A stretch of 35,466 nt of DNA from NCBI GenBank assembly GCA_036479435.1, contig JAZGFI010000151.1, positions 1-35,466 of the forward strand. Direction: 5' to 3'. Both the position numbers and the translations under genes were made by a program. This stretch comes from Planctomycetota bacterium (GTDB lineage: Bacteria > Planctomycetota > GCA-002687715 > DRQF01). The first letter of the stretch is position 1, and the number at the start of each line of letters is the position of its first letter. Shown piece after piece: positions 9,131 through 18,959 of this stretch. The notes beneath the pieces were generated by a model. The model made no database searches and was not told where the DNA came from. It saw only the letters and a list, made by a program, of their open reading frames with translations.

Positions 9131-9175
9131 GGCGCGCATTTCCGTCTATCCGCTGCCGACATCGAGGTTTAGGGC

Positions 9176-10126
9176 ATGGAACGCGTGCTGATCACTGGGG
9201 GCGCCGGTTTTCTCGGCTCCCACTTATGCGATCTGTTCATTGAACGAGGTCTTGAGGTCGTCTGCATGGACAACCTCATTACTGGGGATATGGACAACAT
9301 TGCGCACTTGTTTGGGCACGAACGGTTCTCGTTCATCCATCACGACGTCACGAATTTCGTGTACGTCGAGGGTGACCTGGACTACATCCTTCACTTCGCC
9401 TCACCCGCGAGCCCGATCGACTACCTTGAGCTGCCGATTCAGACGCTCAAGGTCGGCAGCTTGGGAACCCACAAGGTCTTAGGCCTCGCGAAAGCGAAGA
9501 ACGCCCGCATCCTGATCGCGTCGACCTCAGAGGTCTACGGCGATCCACTCGAGCATCCGCAAAAAGAGACCTACTGGGGCAACGTCAATCCCGTGGGGCC
9601 GCGTGGCGTCTACGACGAGGCGAAGCGTTTTGCCGAGGCCATGACGATGGCCTACCATCGCTACCACGGCGTCGAAACGCGCATCGTACGCATCTTCAAC
9701 ACCTATGGTCCGCGCATGCGCCTCAACGACGGGCGCGCCTTACCGGCATTCATGTCGCAGGCGCTGCGAGGTGAGGAGATTTCGGTCTTTGGGGACGGCA
9801 GCCAGACCCGTAGTTTTTGCTACGTGAGGGACTTGGTCGAGGGAATCTTCGCGCTACTCATGAGCGACGAATCCGACCCCGTCAACATCGGCAATCCTCA
9901 CGAGATAACGATCAAGCAGTTCGCGGAGGCCATCGTACGATTGACAGCGTCGGCGAGTCCTTTGGGCTACCGCGATTTGCCGGAAGACGACCCCAAAATT
10001 CGCCAACCCGACATCACTCGCGCCCGGGAGATATTGCGATGGGAACCGAAATGTGGACTCGAAGAGGGCCTTAAACTCACCGTGGAATATTTTCGCGAAC
10101 GCGTCCCGGCGAAGGACAAAAAATAG
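9176..10126 (+). CDS. UDP-glucuronate decarboxylase (UDP-xylose synthase) family SDR
   Basis: [84 protein letters not shown]. Confidence 0.92.
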   Translation: MERVLITGGAGFLGSHLCDLFIERGLEVVCMDNLITGDMDNIAHLFGHERFSFIHHDVTNFVYVEGDLDYILHFASPASPIDYLELPIQTLKVGSLGTHKVLGLAKAKNARILIASTSEVYGDPLEHPQKETYWGNVNPVGPRGVYDEAKRFAEAMTMAYHRYHGVETRIVRIFNTYGPRMRLNDGRALPAFMSQALRGEEISVFGDGSQTRSFCYVRDLVEGIFALLMSDESDPVNIGNPHEITIKQFAEAIVRLTASASPLGYRDLPEDDPKIRQPDITRAREILRWEPKCGLEEGLKLTVEYFRERVPAKDKK

Positions 10127-11959
10127 ATGTGCGGTATTGTCGGTTGTGTCACCGCGGGCGAGGACGCCACCAAGACCTTGATGAGTGGTCTAAAGCGGCT
10201 TGAATACCGCGGCTACGACAGCGCAGGAATCGCGGTGTTGGATTCCGGGGTGATCAAGACAGTTCGCGAGGTGGGCAAGATCGTTAACCTCGAGACGCTT
10301 TTGGCGACGGATAGTCCCCGCGGAGGGATTGGGTTGGGCCATACGCGTTGGGCAACTCACGGCCGTCCTACCGAAGTCAACGCACATCCCCACCGCGACG
10401 AAAGCGGAAAAATCGTCGTCGTCCACAACGGTATCATCGAGAATTTTCGCGAGCTGCGCGAAGATCTTAAGGCGCATGGTCACAAATTCGCCTCCGACAC
10501 CGACTCGGAGGTCATCGCGCATTTGGTGCGACACCATTTCAAAGGCGATCTCCGCGAGGCCGTGCGCGAAGCCATCCTCCGCCTCAAAGGTGCTTATGCC
10601 ATTGGGGTCATGAACGCGGAAACTCCGGACCGCATCATCGGCGCACGGCGCGACAGTCCGCTAATCATCGGCATTGGCGACGATGAGAACTTTCTCGCAT
10701 CCGATGTTACGGCCGTCATCGAGCGCACGGATCGTGTCATCTACTTGGGCGAAGGCGAGATCGCTGAGATCAGCCGCGATGGCGTCAAGATCATCGACGA
10801 TGCCGGTAATGACGTCGCGCTTGAGATCGTCAAAGTCGACTGGAATCTGCAACAGGCCGAGCGCGGGGGCTACCCCCACTTCATGCTGAAGGAGATCAAC
10901 GAACAGCCAATCGTGGTCTCGGACGCTCTCATGGGACGCCTGGACGAAACCGAAGGCAGCGTTAATTTCGAGAATCTGAAGATTCCCGACGACGACCTGA
11001 GGAAGGTCGCACAGGTGCACATTGTGGCCTGTGGAACTTCTTGGCATTCCGCCCAGATCGCAAAATTTTATCTTGAGCGCTTCGCTCGGCTTTCGGCCCA
11101 GGTCGACTACGCCTCGGAGTTTCGTTATCGCGATCCGATTGTCAACAAAGAGGACTTGTTGATCGCGATCTCGCAGTCGGGTGAGACGGCAGACACCTTA
11201 GCGGCGATGCGCATGGCCGCTAAATCTGGGTGTCGCGTGATTTCGATCTGCAACGTCATCGGTTCGACGATGAGCCGAGAATCCCACGGCACGATCATGA
11301 CCCACGCCGGGCCAGAGATCGGAGTGGCTTCGACGAAGGCCTTTACCAGTCAGCTTGTCGTCTTGATCGTGTTGGCGCTCAAGATGGGGCGCTTGCGTGG
11401 GCATCTGAGCGCCGATGACCTGCTCGCTTGGTCACAGAAGCTTCGAACTCTTCCCCACGTCATTCAAACCGTCTTGACCACCGCTCCCCTCATCGAGCAA
11501 ATCGCCGAACGCTACAAAGACGCCACCGACTTTTTGTTTATCGGCCGCGGACTGAACTACCCGATCGCGCTTGAGGGCGCGCTCAAGCTCAAAGAAATCT
11601 CCTATATTCACGCCGAGGGTTATCCCGCCGGCGAAATGAAGCACGGGCCGATCGCTCTGATTGATGACAAGTTGCCCCTGGTGGCCATTTGCACCCAAAG
11701 CGCGGTCTACGACAAGGTCGTGACCAACGTTGAAGAAGCTCGCGTACGCGACGCATCTGTCATCGCCGTGGCCAACATTGGTGACGATCGAGTCGAACAG
11801 TTCGCGGACGATATTATCTTCGTACCTGAAGTCGATGAAGTTCTCTCACCTATCGTTAACGTCGTTCCCCTGCAGCTGCTCGCGTACTACATCGCGCAGA
11901 AGCGGGGCTGTGACGTCGACCAACCCAGAAACCTCGCTAAAAGCGTGACCGTAGAATAA
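10127..11959 (+). CDS. glmS: Glutamine--fructose-6-phosphate transaminase (isomerizing)
   Basis: MCGIVG, LEYRGYDSAG, GHTRWATHG, HNGIIEN, SQSGETADT, VASTKAFT, C-terminal DQPRNLAKSVTVE. Confidence 0.98.
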   Translation: MCGIVGCVTAGEDATKTLMSGLKRLEYRGYDSAGIAVLDSGVIKTVREVGKIVNLETLLATDSPRGGIGLGHTRWATHGRPTEVNAHPHRDESGKIVVVHNGIIENFRELREDLKAHGHKFASDTDSEVIAHLVRHHFKGDLREAVREAILRLKGAYAIGVMNAETPDRIIGARRDSPLIIGIGDDENFLASDVTAVIERTDRVIYLGEGEIAEISRDGVKIIDDAGNDVALEIVKVDWNLQQAERGGYPHFMLKEINEQPIVVSDALMGRLDETEGSVNFENLKIPDDDLRKVAQVHIVACGTSWHSAQIAKFYLERFARLSAQVDYASEFRYRDPIVNKEDLLIAISQSGETADTLAAMRMAAKSGCRVISICNVIGSTMSRESHGTIMTHAGPEIGVASTKAFTSQLVVLIVLALKMGRLRGHLSADDLLAWSQKLRTLPHVIQTVLTTAPLIEQIAERYKDATDFLFIGRGLNYPIALEGALKLKEISYIHAEGYPAGEMKHGPIALIDDKLPLVAICTQSAVYDKVVTNVEEARVRDASVIAVANIGDDRVEQFADDIIFVPEVDEVLSPIVNVVPLQLLAYYIAQKRGCDVDQPRNLAKSVTVE

Positions 11960-11968
11960 CGGGTAAAA

Positions 11969-13297
11969 ATGATGAAGACTAAACTCCAAGGGGCGGGGGC
12001 GAATCTCGCCGCGCGCCTCAAAAACAAAGAAGCCAAAGTCGCCATCGTCGGCATGGGCTACGTCGGCTTGCCGCTCGCCGTCGAGTTTGGCGAAGCCGGA
12101 CTGTCGGTCATCGGCATCGACGTTTCGCAGGATCGTGTCGACATGATCAACCGTGGCGAGAGCTACATCGGTGACGTTTCGACCAAATCCCTCAAAGAAC
12201 TCGCTGACAAAGGGCTCGTGAAAGCGTCACTACCGGGCGAGATCCTCGCGGAAGCCGATGCGATCAGTATCTGCGTCCCGACGCCCTTGCGGAAGACTAA
12301 AGACCCCGACATCTCCTACATCGTGGCCGCTAGCGAAGAGGTCGCCAAATACCTCCGTCCGGGTCAGCTCATCGTGTTGGAAAGCACGACCTATCCGGGA
12401 ACGACCGAGGAGGTGATCTTGCCGCGCTTGCAGGAAAAAGGACTCGTCGTCGGCGAAGATTTCTTTCTCTGCTTCTCGCCGGAGCGCGTCGATCCAGGCA
12501 ACGAATATTGGAACACGCGCAACACGCCGAAAGTCGTCGGTGGTGTGACACCGCAATGCTCGGAGATGGGAGCCCTTCTCTACGGGCACGCGATCGAAAC
12601 CATCGTTCCGGTCTCGAGCACTCAGTGCGCCGAGATGGTGAAATTGCTCGAGAACACGTTTCGCAGCGTCAACATCGGGCTCGTTAACGAACTCGCCATT
12701 ATTTGCGAGAAGCTGAAGGTGAGCGTTTGGGAAGTGATTGGGGCCGCGGCCACCAAACCCTTCGGATTCATGCCGTTCTGGCCGGGGCCAGGACTCGGCG
12801 GGCACTGCATCCCAGTCGATCCGCACTACTTGAGCTGGAAACTAAAGAGCCTCAATTACAACGCTCGTTTCATTGAGCTGGCGGATGAAGTCAACAGTCA
12901 CATGCCCGAGTACGTCGTCGACATGGTTGCCGACGCCCTGAACGATCACGCGAAGTCCGTCAAAAATTCGACGGTCTTGGTCATGGGACTTGCCTACAAA
13001 AAAGACATCGACGACCTCCGCGAGTCCCCAGCCTTAGACATTGTCGATCATCTTCGCCGCCGCGGCGCGATCATTCGCTGGTGCGACCCCTTCGTCAAAG
13101 ACCCTAATCTTGGCGAGGGCGACATCGCTCGTTGCGACTTCAACGTTGAAAGTATCAAGGCCGCTGATTGCGTGGTTGTCGCTACGGACCACACTGGTTT
13201 TGACCCGGCGCTGCTTGTCGAGAACGCGGCGCTCATTGTCGATACTCGTAACCTTTGCGCTGACTTTAGCGGCGCTGAGAACCTGCGGAGGCTTTGA
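11969..13297 (+). CDS. Nucleotide-sugar 6-dehydrogenase (WbpA/WecC-like, probably UDP-HexNAc dehydrogenase)
   Basis: GMGYVGLPLA, ICVPTP, LESTTYPGTT, FSPERVDPGN, KLLENTFRSVNI, GPGLGGHCIPVDP (catalytic Cys), YKKDIDDLRESP. Confidence 0.92.
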   Translation: MMKTKLQGAGANLAARLKNKEAKVAIVGMGYVGLPLAVEFGEAGLSVIGIDVSQDRVDMINRGESYIGDVSTKSLKELADKGLVKASLPGEILAEADAISICVPTPLRKTKDPDISYIVAASEEVAKYLRPGQLIVLESTTYPGTTEEVILPRLQEKGLVVGEDFFLCFSPERVDPGNEYWNTRNTPKVVGGVTPQCSEMGALLYGHAIETIVPVSSTQCAEMVKLLENTFRSVNIGLVNELAIICEKLKVSVWEVIGAAATKPFGFMPFWPGPGLGGHCIPVDPHYLSWKLKSLNYNARFIELADEVNSHMPEYVVDMVADALNDHAKSVKNSTVLVMGLAYKKDIDDLRESPALDIVDHLRRRGAIIRWCDPFVKDPNLGEGDIARCDFNVESIKAADCVVVATDHTGFDPALLVENAALIVDTRNLCADFSGAENLRRL

Positions 13298-13301
13298 CGG
13301 A

Positions 13302-14270
13302 ATGGCTCGCTTTTTGGTTACAGGTGGTGCGGGTTTCATTGGCTCGCACCTCGTCGACCACATTTTGGCGCGCGGGGATGAGTGTTGTGTGTTGGACAAC
13401 TACAACCGCTTCTACGATCCTGCCATCAAGCGTGCGAACCTGGCTCAGCATGCCGACAATCCAGCTCTGCGAATCGTCGAAGGCGATTTGCGCAACGAAG
13501 CGGATCTAGATCGCGCTTTCGAGGGAGAGATCGACCAGGTCATCCACCTCGCGGCGATGGCGGGAGTACGTCCCTCGCTCGCAGATCCGGGATTGTACGT
13601 GGATGTGAATCTGCGCGGCACGACGGCCTTGTTCGACGCTCTGCTCAAAAAGGGCGTTTCGTCGGTCGTGTTTGCCTCTTCTAGCTCGGTCTACGGCGCC
13701 AACAAAAAGGTACCCTTTTCCGAAAGCGACCGTGTCGACCATCCGGTGTCGCCCTATGCGGCTACCAAAAAAGCCGGAGAGTTGTTGGCGCACACTTACC
13801 ATCACATCCACGGCCTCGACATTACCTGTTTGCGCTTTTTCACCGTCTACGGGCCGCGGCAACGGCCCGAGATGGCGATTCACAAGTTCACGCGGCATAT
13901 CGACGAGGGCCGGCCCCTGACGATGTTCGGGGACGGACAATCGCGCCGCGACTACACCTACATTGACGACATCATCGATGGCGTTTCAAAGAGCATGAAG
14001 CACGCCTCGGGGGCTGGCTTCAAAGTCTACAACCTCGGCGAGTCGCGCACGGTCACCTTGAAAGAACTCATCGAGCTCATCGCGAAAGAGGTGGGGAAAA
14101 AAGCCCAGATCGAACGGCAGCCCGATCAGCCTGGCGACGTCGCCGCGACCTTCGCCGACATTAGCCTCGCCTGCGAAGAAATTGGCTACGCGCCCAAGAC
14201 GGCCATCGAAGCGGGTATCGCGCGATTTGTGAATTGGTACCAAAGCTCGGCGAAGCGAGGGCTTTCCTAA
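13302..14270 (+). CDS. NAD-dependent epimerase, UDP-glucuronate 4-epimerase-like
   Basis: LVTGGAGFIGSH, HLAAMAGVRPS, ASSSSVYG, HPVSPYAATKKAGE, LRFFTVYGPRQRPEMA, QPGDV. Start placed at ATG 13302. Confidence 0.88.
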   Translation: MARFLVTGGAGFIGSHLVDHILARGDECCVLDNYNRFYDPAIKRANLAQHADNPALRIVEGDLRNEADLDRAFEGEIDQVIHLAAMAGVRPSLADPGLYVDVNLRGTTALFDALLKKGVSSVVFASSSSVYGANKKVPFSESDRVDHPVSPYAATKKAGELLAHTYHHIHGLDITCLRFFTVYGPRQRPEMAIHKFTRHIDEGRPLTMFGDGQSRRDYTYIDDIIDGVSKSMKHASGAGFKVYNLGESRTVTLKELIELIAKEVGKKAQIERQPDQPGDVAATFADISLACEEIGYAPKTAIEAGIARFVNWYQSSAKRGLS

Positions 14271-15367
14271 TGGCTGCTCTTCGCATTTCCGCCATCGTTG
14301 GGGCGCGCCCCAACTTCATGAAGATCGCGCCTTTGGCCTGGGCGGCGCGTGATCGTGCCGACGTCGATTTGTCGGTGGTTCATACCGGTCAGCACTATGA
14401 TCGCAACATGTCGGACTTGTTTTTTGACGAGTTGGATATCCCCGAACCCGAGGTCAATCTCGGCGTCGGCTCGGGTTCGCACGCGGTGCAAACCGCAGAG
14501 ATCATGGTGCGATATGAAGCTCACATCTTGGAGTCGAAGCCCGACCTCGTGTTGGTTTTGGGCGACGTCAATTCGACCATCGCCTGTGCCTTGGTTGCGG
14601 CGAAACTACAGATTCCCGTGGTTCACGTTGAGGCCGGGCTGCGTTCATTCGACCGCGGAATGCCCGAAGAGATCAACCGCGTTTTGACCGATGCCATCAG
14701 CGACTTGCTGTTTGTGACGGAGCAAAGCGGGGTTGACAATCTAATGCGTGAAGGTGTCGCCAAAGAGCGCGTGCACTTCGTCGGCAACGTCATGATTGAC
14801 ACTCTGCTTCGCAGCCGTGAGTTGTCGGAGCGCTCGACAATTTTGCAGGATGTCGGGCTCAAAGAAGGTGGCTACGGCGTCGTGACCTTGCACCGCCCTT
14901 CGAATGTCGACGATGCCGACATTCTATCCGGAATCTGGGCTGCGCTGACGACCGTGGCCAAGGAAATGACCTTGGTGTTCCCGGTACATCCGCGAACGCG
15001 TAAAAAACTCGAGTCTCAAGGTTACACCGAGAGCGACGGAATACGCTTCCTGGAGCCCGTTGGCTACCTCGATTTCTTGAAGCTACAAGCGAACGCGGCG
15101 TTGATCCTGACCGACTCTGGCGGTATCCAAGAGGAAGCTACCATCTTGGGCGTTCCCTGTTTGACCTTGCGCGAGAACACAGAACGCCCCGTGACGATCG
15201 ACGTTGGTTGCAACCAACTCGTCGGCACCGATCGTGGCGTCATCGAAAAAGCAGCGCTCGCGATTGTTCGTGGCGAAGTCGATGCACCCTCGGTCCCGCA
15301 GTATTGGGACGGTGAAGCGGCGCGACGCATCATTGATATTTTAGTTCAAAAATATGGAGACTCCTGA
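14270..15367 (+). CDS. wecB: UDP-N-acetylglucosamine 2-epimerase (non-hydrolyzing)
   Basis: VGARPNFMK, VHTGQHYD, HVEAGLRSFD, MPEEINR, VTLHRPSNVD, TDSGGIQEE, LRENTERP. TAATG stop/start overlap at 14270. Confidence 0.94.
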   Translation: MAALRISAIVGARPNFMKIAPLAWAARDRADVDLSVVHTGQHYDRNMSDLFFDELDIPEPEVNLGVGSGSHAVQTAEIMVRYEAHILESKPDLVLVLGDVNSTIACALVAAKLQIPVVHVEAGLRSFDRGMPEEINRVLTDAISDLLFVTEQSGVDNLMREGVAKERVHFVGNVMIDTLLRSRELSERSTILQDVGLKEGGYGVVTLHRPSNVDDADILSGIWAALTTVAKEMTLVFPVHPRTRKKLESQGYTESDGIRFLEPVGYLDFLKLQANAALILTDSGGIQEEATILGVPCLTLRENTERPVTIDVGCNQLVGTDRGVIEKAALAIVRGEVDAPSVPQYWDGEAARRIIDILVQKYGDS

Positions 15368-16325
15368 AGTGTCTCGAATTCTGATCACTGGCGGTGCGGG
15401 TTTCATCGGCTCGAATCTCGCCCGCGCTCTTATCGAGCGCGGCGACGACGTCACCATTTTTGATGACTTTTCTTCGGGCCGCCGATCAAACCTAGACGCC
15501 ATCGCCGACCGCCTTGAGATTGTTGTCGGTGACCTTCGTGATCTCGATCAGATGCAGGAGGTGAGCGAAGGCCAGGACTATATCCTGCACCAAGGCGCGG
15601 TTCCTAGCGTCCCGCGTTCGATGGACGATCCTGTAACCAGTCACGATGTCAATTCGCGAGGAACGCTGAATGTCTTGCTGGCAGCCCGCGACCAAAAGGT
15701 GAAGCGCGTCGTGATGGCGGCGTCTTCTTCTGCCTATGGAGACAGCGAAACTTTGCCGAAGATCGAATCCATGCCCACGGTGCCCAAGAGCCCCTACGCG
15801 GCGGACAAAGTCTACGGCGAACATCTCGCGCGGATCTTTTTCGACGGTTACGGCCTCGAGACGGTGGCGCTCAGGTACTTCAATGTCTTTGGCCCCTACC
15901 AAAGTCCGGAGTCCGACTACGCCGCCGCCATTCCGCGATTTGTCACGAAGTTGCTCGCGGGTGAGAGACCCTTGGTTTATGGCGATGGCGAGCAGTCGCG
16001 GGACTTCACTCACATCGACAACGTCGTCCAGGCGAACTTGTTGGCGATGGTCGCCGACAAGGCCCCGGGGCGCTTCATGAATATCGGCATTGGCGAACGC
16101 ATCACCATCAACGACGTTATTCACACCATCGCAGAAATCATCGGCGCGAAGGTGGATATTGACTATCAGCCGGATCGCGTCGGTGATGTGAAACACAGTC
16201 TTGCTTCAATCGATCGTGCGCGCGATCTTTTGGGCTATGAACCCAAGGTGGGACTTGCTGAAGGGCTTGAGCGGACCATTTCTTGGTACCGCAAGGAAAC
16301 GAAAGCTAAGGAGAGACAAACATGA
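15354..16325 (+). CDS. SDR epimerase, WbpP-like UDP-GlcNAc(A) 4-epimerase
   Basis: [58 protein letters not shown]. An alternative GTG start at 15369 follows GGAG. Confidence 0.87.
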   Translation: METPEVSRILITGGAGFIGSNLARALIERGDDVTIFDDFSSGRRSNLDAIADRLEIVVGDLRDLDQMQEVSEGQDYILHQGAVPSVPRSMDDPVTSHDVNSRGTLNVLLAARDQKVKRVVMAASSSAYGDSETLPKIESMPTVPKSPYAADKVYGEHLARIFFDGYGLETVALRYFNVFGPYQSPESDYAAAIPRFVTKLLAGERPLVYGDGEQSRDFTHIDNVVQANLLAMVADKAPGRFMNIGIGERITINDVIHTIAEIIGAKVDIDYQPDRVGDVKHSLASIDRARDLLGYEPKVGLAEGLERTISWYRKETKAKERQT

Positions 16326-17056
16326 AGGGCGTTATTTTAGCTGGCGGACTCGGCTCGAGGCTTCAGCCCAATACTCGAATCACCAACAAGCACTTGTTGC
16401 CGGTGTACGACAAACCCATGATCTATTACCCGATTCAAGCACTCGTCAATGCGGGTATCGATGACATCTTGATCGTGACGGGCGGCAACAACTCGGGCGA
16501 CTTTTTACGTCTGCTGGGCAACGGTAAGCACTTCGGCCTCAAACACGTCAACTATACCTACCAAGAAGGCGAAGGCGGCATCGCTGACGCCTTGGGGCTA
16601 GCCGAGCATTTTGCCGCGGGCGACAGCATCTGCGTCATTCTTGGCGACAACATCATTCAAGGTCAGATCAAGTCGGCCCGCGATCGTTACGAAGCCGTGG
16701 GCAAGGGCGCTGGTATCCTGCTAAAGGAAGTTGATGATCCGCACCGTTTCGGCGTGGCCGAACTCGATGGCGATCGTGTTGTGCGCATTGTCGAAAAACC
16801 AACAGATCCGGCGAGCAACCTCGCGGTCACGGGCATCTACTTCTTCGACCAACGGGTGTTCGAGATCATCGGAGGCTTGGAACCATCCAAACGCGGTGAA
16901 CTTGAGATCACCGACGTGAATAACGACTACATCGATCGCGGCGAGATGATTTCGTCGATGCTGGACGGCTGGTGGACGGATGCCGGGACCTTCGATTCGT
17001 TGTTTCGAGCTTCCTGCCTCGTCAAAGAGGGCGGTGCCAATCGCATGGACCTTTGA
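16322..17056 (+). CDS. rmlA: Glucose-1-phosphate thymidylyltransferase (short RmlA/SpsI type)
   Basis: MKGVILAGGLGSRL, NKHLLPVYDKPMIYYP, ILGDN, IVEKP, SNLAVTGIY, PSKRGELEITDVN, WTDAGT. Confidence 0.9.
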   Translation: MKGVILAGGLGSRLQPNTRITNKHLLPVYDKPMIYYPIQALVNAGIDDILIVTGGNNSGDFLRLLGNGKHFGLKHVNYTYQEGEGGIADALGLAEHFAAGDSICVILGDNIIQGQIKSARDRYEAVGKGAGILLKEVDDPHRFGVAELDGDRVVRIVEKPTDPASNLAVTGIYFFDQRVFEIIGGLEPSKRGELEITDVNNDYIDRGEMISSMLDGWWTDAGTFDSLFRASCLVKEGGANRMDL

Positions 17057-17949
17057 AAGTTCTCGTGGCGGGTGCGGCCGGAATGCTCGGCCGCGAGATC
17101 GTTGAGCAGTGGAATGCCGAGTCTAGTTTTGAAGTTGTTCCTACGGCTCTGAATGACTCGGATTTGCCGAATGCAAAGCTCATGGACATCAGCGATGAGC
17201 AATCGATAGATCGGGTCATCGATGAGTGCGATCCAGATGTGGTCGTCAATGCTGCGGCCTATACTGCCGTCGATCGCGCCGAGGACGAGCGAGACCAGGC
17301 CTTTTTGTTGAACGCAAAGGCTCCGGAACTACTGGCGCGAGCGTGCAAAAAGCACGACGCGCTTTTCGTTCACGTGAGCACGGATTACGTTTTTTCTGGC
17401 GAGCTTGAGCGCCCCTACGTCGAAACCGACGTCACCGGTCCCAAGAGTGTTTACGGCCAAAGCAAACTCGAAGGCGAGCGGCGGATCGAGGCGGTCGGTG
17501 GGGACTGGATTACGACTCGCATCGCTTGGCTTTACGGCGCCTCGGGTCCCAATTTCGCCGAGACCATGATTTCTTTGGCGGATAAAAACCCCGAACTCAA
17601 AGTCGTCGATGACCAGTTAGGAAATCCGACTTGGGCGGGAGATGTCGCGCGCCAGTTGAGATCTCTCATCGAGATCGATGCTCGTGGCACTTTTCACGCC
17701 ACTAATGCGGGCGAGACCACCTGGTTTGGCTTTGCGCGGGCCGTTTTTGATCGCTGCGGGCTGGCTGATTTTCCTCTGCTCCCCTGCAGCACGGATGAAT
17801 TCCCCCGGCCGGCTCCAAGGCCTCGCAATTCCAGGCTCGACAACTTGGCCCTTCGCGAGGCCGGTTGCGACATCATGAGGCCTTGGCAAGATGCCCTTGA
17901 CGACTATGTGGCCGCCCGGCCCTTGAGCAGTGGAGACCAAGCGTCATGA
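17053..17949 (+). CDS. rmlD: dTDP-4-dehydrorhamnose reductase
   Basis: GAAGMLG, VNAAAYTAVDRAE, HVSTDYVF, YGQSKLEGE, VVDDQLGNPT, PAPRPRNSRL. TTG start overlaps the rmlA stop (TTGA). Confidence 0.93.
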   Translation: MKVLVAGAAGMLGREIVEQWNAESSFEVVPTALNDSDLPNAKLMDISDEQSIDRVIDECDPDVVVNAAAYTAVDRAEDERDQAFLLNAKAPELLARACKKHDALFVHVSTDYVFSGELERPYVETDVTGPKSVYGQSKLEGERRIEAVGGDWITTRIAWLYGASGPNFAETMISLADKNPELKVVDDQLGNPTWAGDVARQLRSLIEIDARGTFHATNAGETTWFGFARAVFDRCGLADFPLLPCSTDEFPRPAPRPRNSRLDNLALREAGCDIMRPWQDALDDYVAARPLSSGDQAS

Positions 17950-18956
17950 CGACGATCCTCGTAACCGGGGGCGCCGGATTCATCGGCAGCAACTACATTC
18001 GGCGCCATCTGCTTGAGTTTCCGGACGACCGAATCCTCAATCTGGACGCTTTGACCTACGCGGGCAACCTCGAGAATCTCGATGGCGTGGAAGAGGGCAG
18101 CCACTATCGATTCCTGAAAGCGGACATCACCGACAAAAAAGCGGTCATGCAGGCAGTCGACGAGACCATTGATGCCGTCGTTCACTTCGCAGCCGAGAGC
18201 CACGTCGATCGCTCGATTGAAGACGCTTCGGCGTTTTTGATGACCAATGTCATTGGCACCCAAAACCTGATCGACCTTGCCCGCACCTGGAAAGTGGAAA
18301 AGTTCGTTCACGTGTCGACGGATGAAGTCTACGGCAGCTTGGGGGCCGAGGGGCTGTTTCGTGAGGACACGCCGATCGCACCCAATAGTCCCTACTCGTC
18401 TTCAAAGGCGAGTTCGGACCTGTTGGTTCGCGCCGCAGTCGAGACCCACCAGTTTCCGGGTGTCATCACGCGTTGTTCGAACAACTACGGTCCCTACCAG
18501 TTTCCCGAAAAACTCATCCCCTTGATGATCACCAACGCGATGGCCGACCTTGAACTCCCGGTCTACGGGAATGGTCTCAACGTTCGGGATTGGATCCACG
18601 TCAGGGATCATTGCCTCGGCGTTGACCTTGCGCTCACGAAGGGCCGCGTCGGTGAGGTTTATAATTTCGGGGGCCACAGCGAGATGACGAACATTGACGT
18701 TGTCAAAGCCGTCTTGACGAACCTCGAAAAACCCGAGAGCTTGATCAGCTACGTCACTGACCGCAAGGGTCATGACTTGCGTTACGCGATTGACTGCGGC
18801 AAAGCCGAGAAGGAACTGGGGTTTGCACCCACGATTGGATTCGCAGACGGTTTGAAGGAAACCGTCGCTTGGTACCTCGCGAACCGCCCCTGGTGGGAGA
18901 ATGTCAAGTCCGGCGCTTACCTTGAATACTACGCCCGACACTACGGCCAACGCTGA
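17946..18956 (+). CDS. rmlB: dTDP-glucose 4,6-dehydratase
   Basis: LVTGGAGFIGSN, DALTYAGN, HFAAESHVDRS, HVSTDEVYG, PYSSSKASSD, NNYGPYQFPEKLIP, DRKGHDLRYA. Confidence 0.96.
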   Translation: MTTILVTGGAGFIGSNYIRRHLLEFPDDRILNLDALTYAGNLENLDGVEEGSHYRFLKADITDKKAVMQAVDETIDAVVHFAAESHVDRSIEDASAFLMTNVIGTQNLIDLARTWKVEKFVHVSTDEVYGSLGAEGLFREDTPIAPNSPYSSSKASSDLLVRAAVETHQFPGVITRCSNNYGPYQFPEKLIPLMITNAMADLELPVYGNGLNVRDWIHVRDHCLGVDLALTKGRVGEVYNFGGHSEMTNIDVVKAVLTNLEKPESLISYVTDRKGHDLRYAIDCGKAEKELGFAPTIGFADGLKETVAWYLANRPWWENVKSGAYLEYYARHYGQR

Positions 18957-18959
18957 GTC

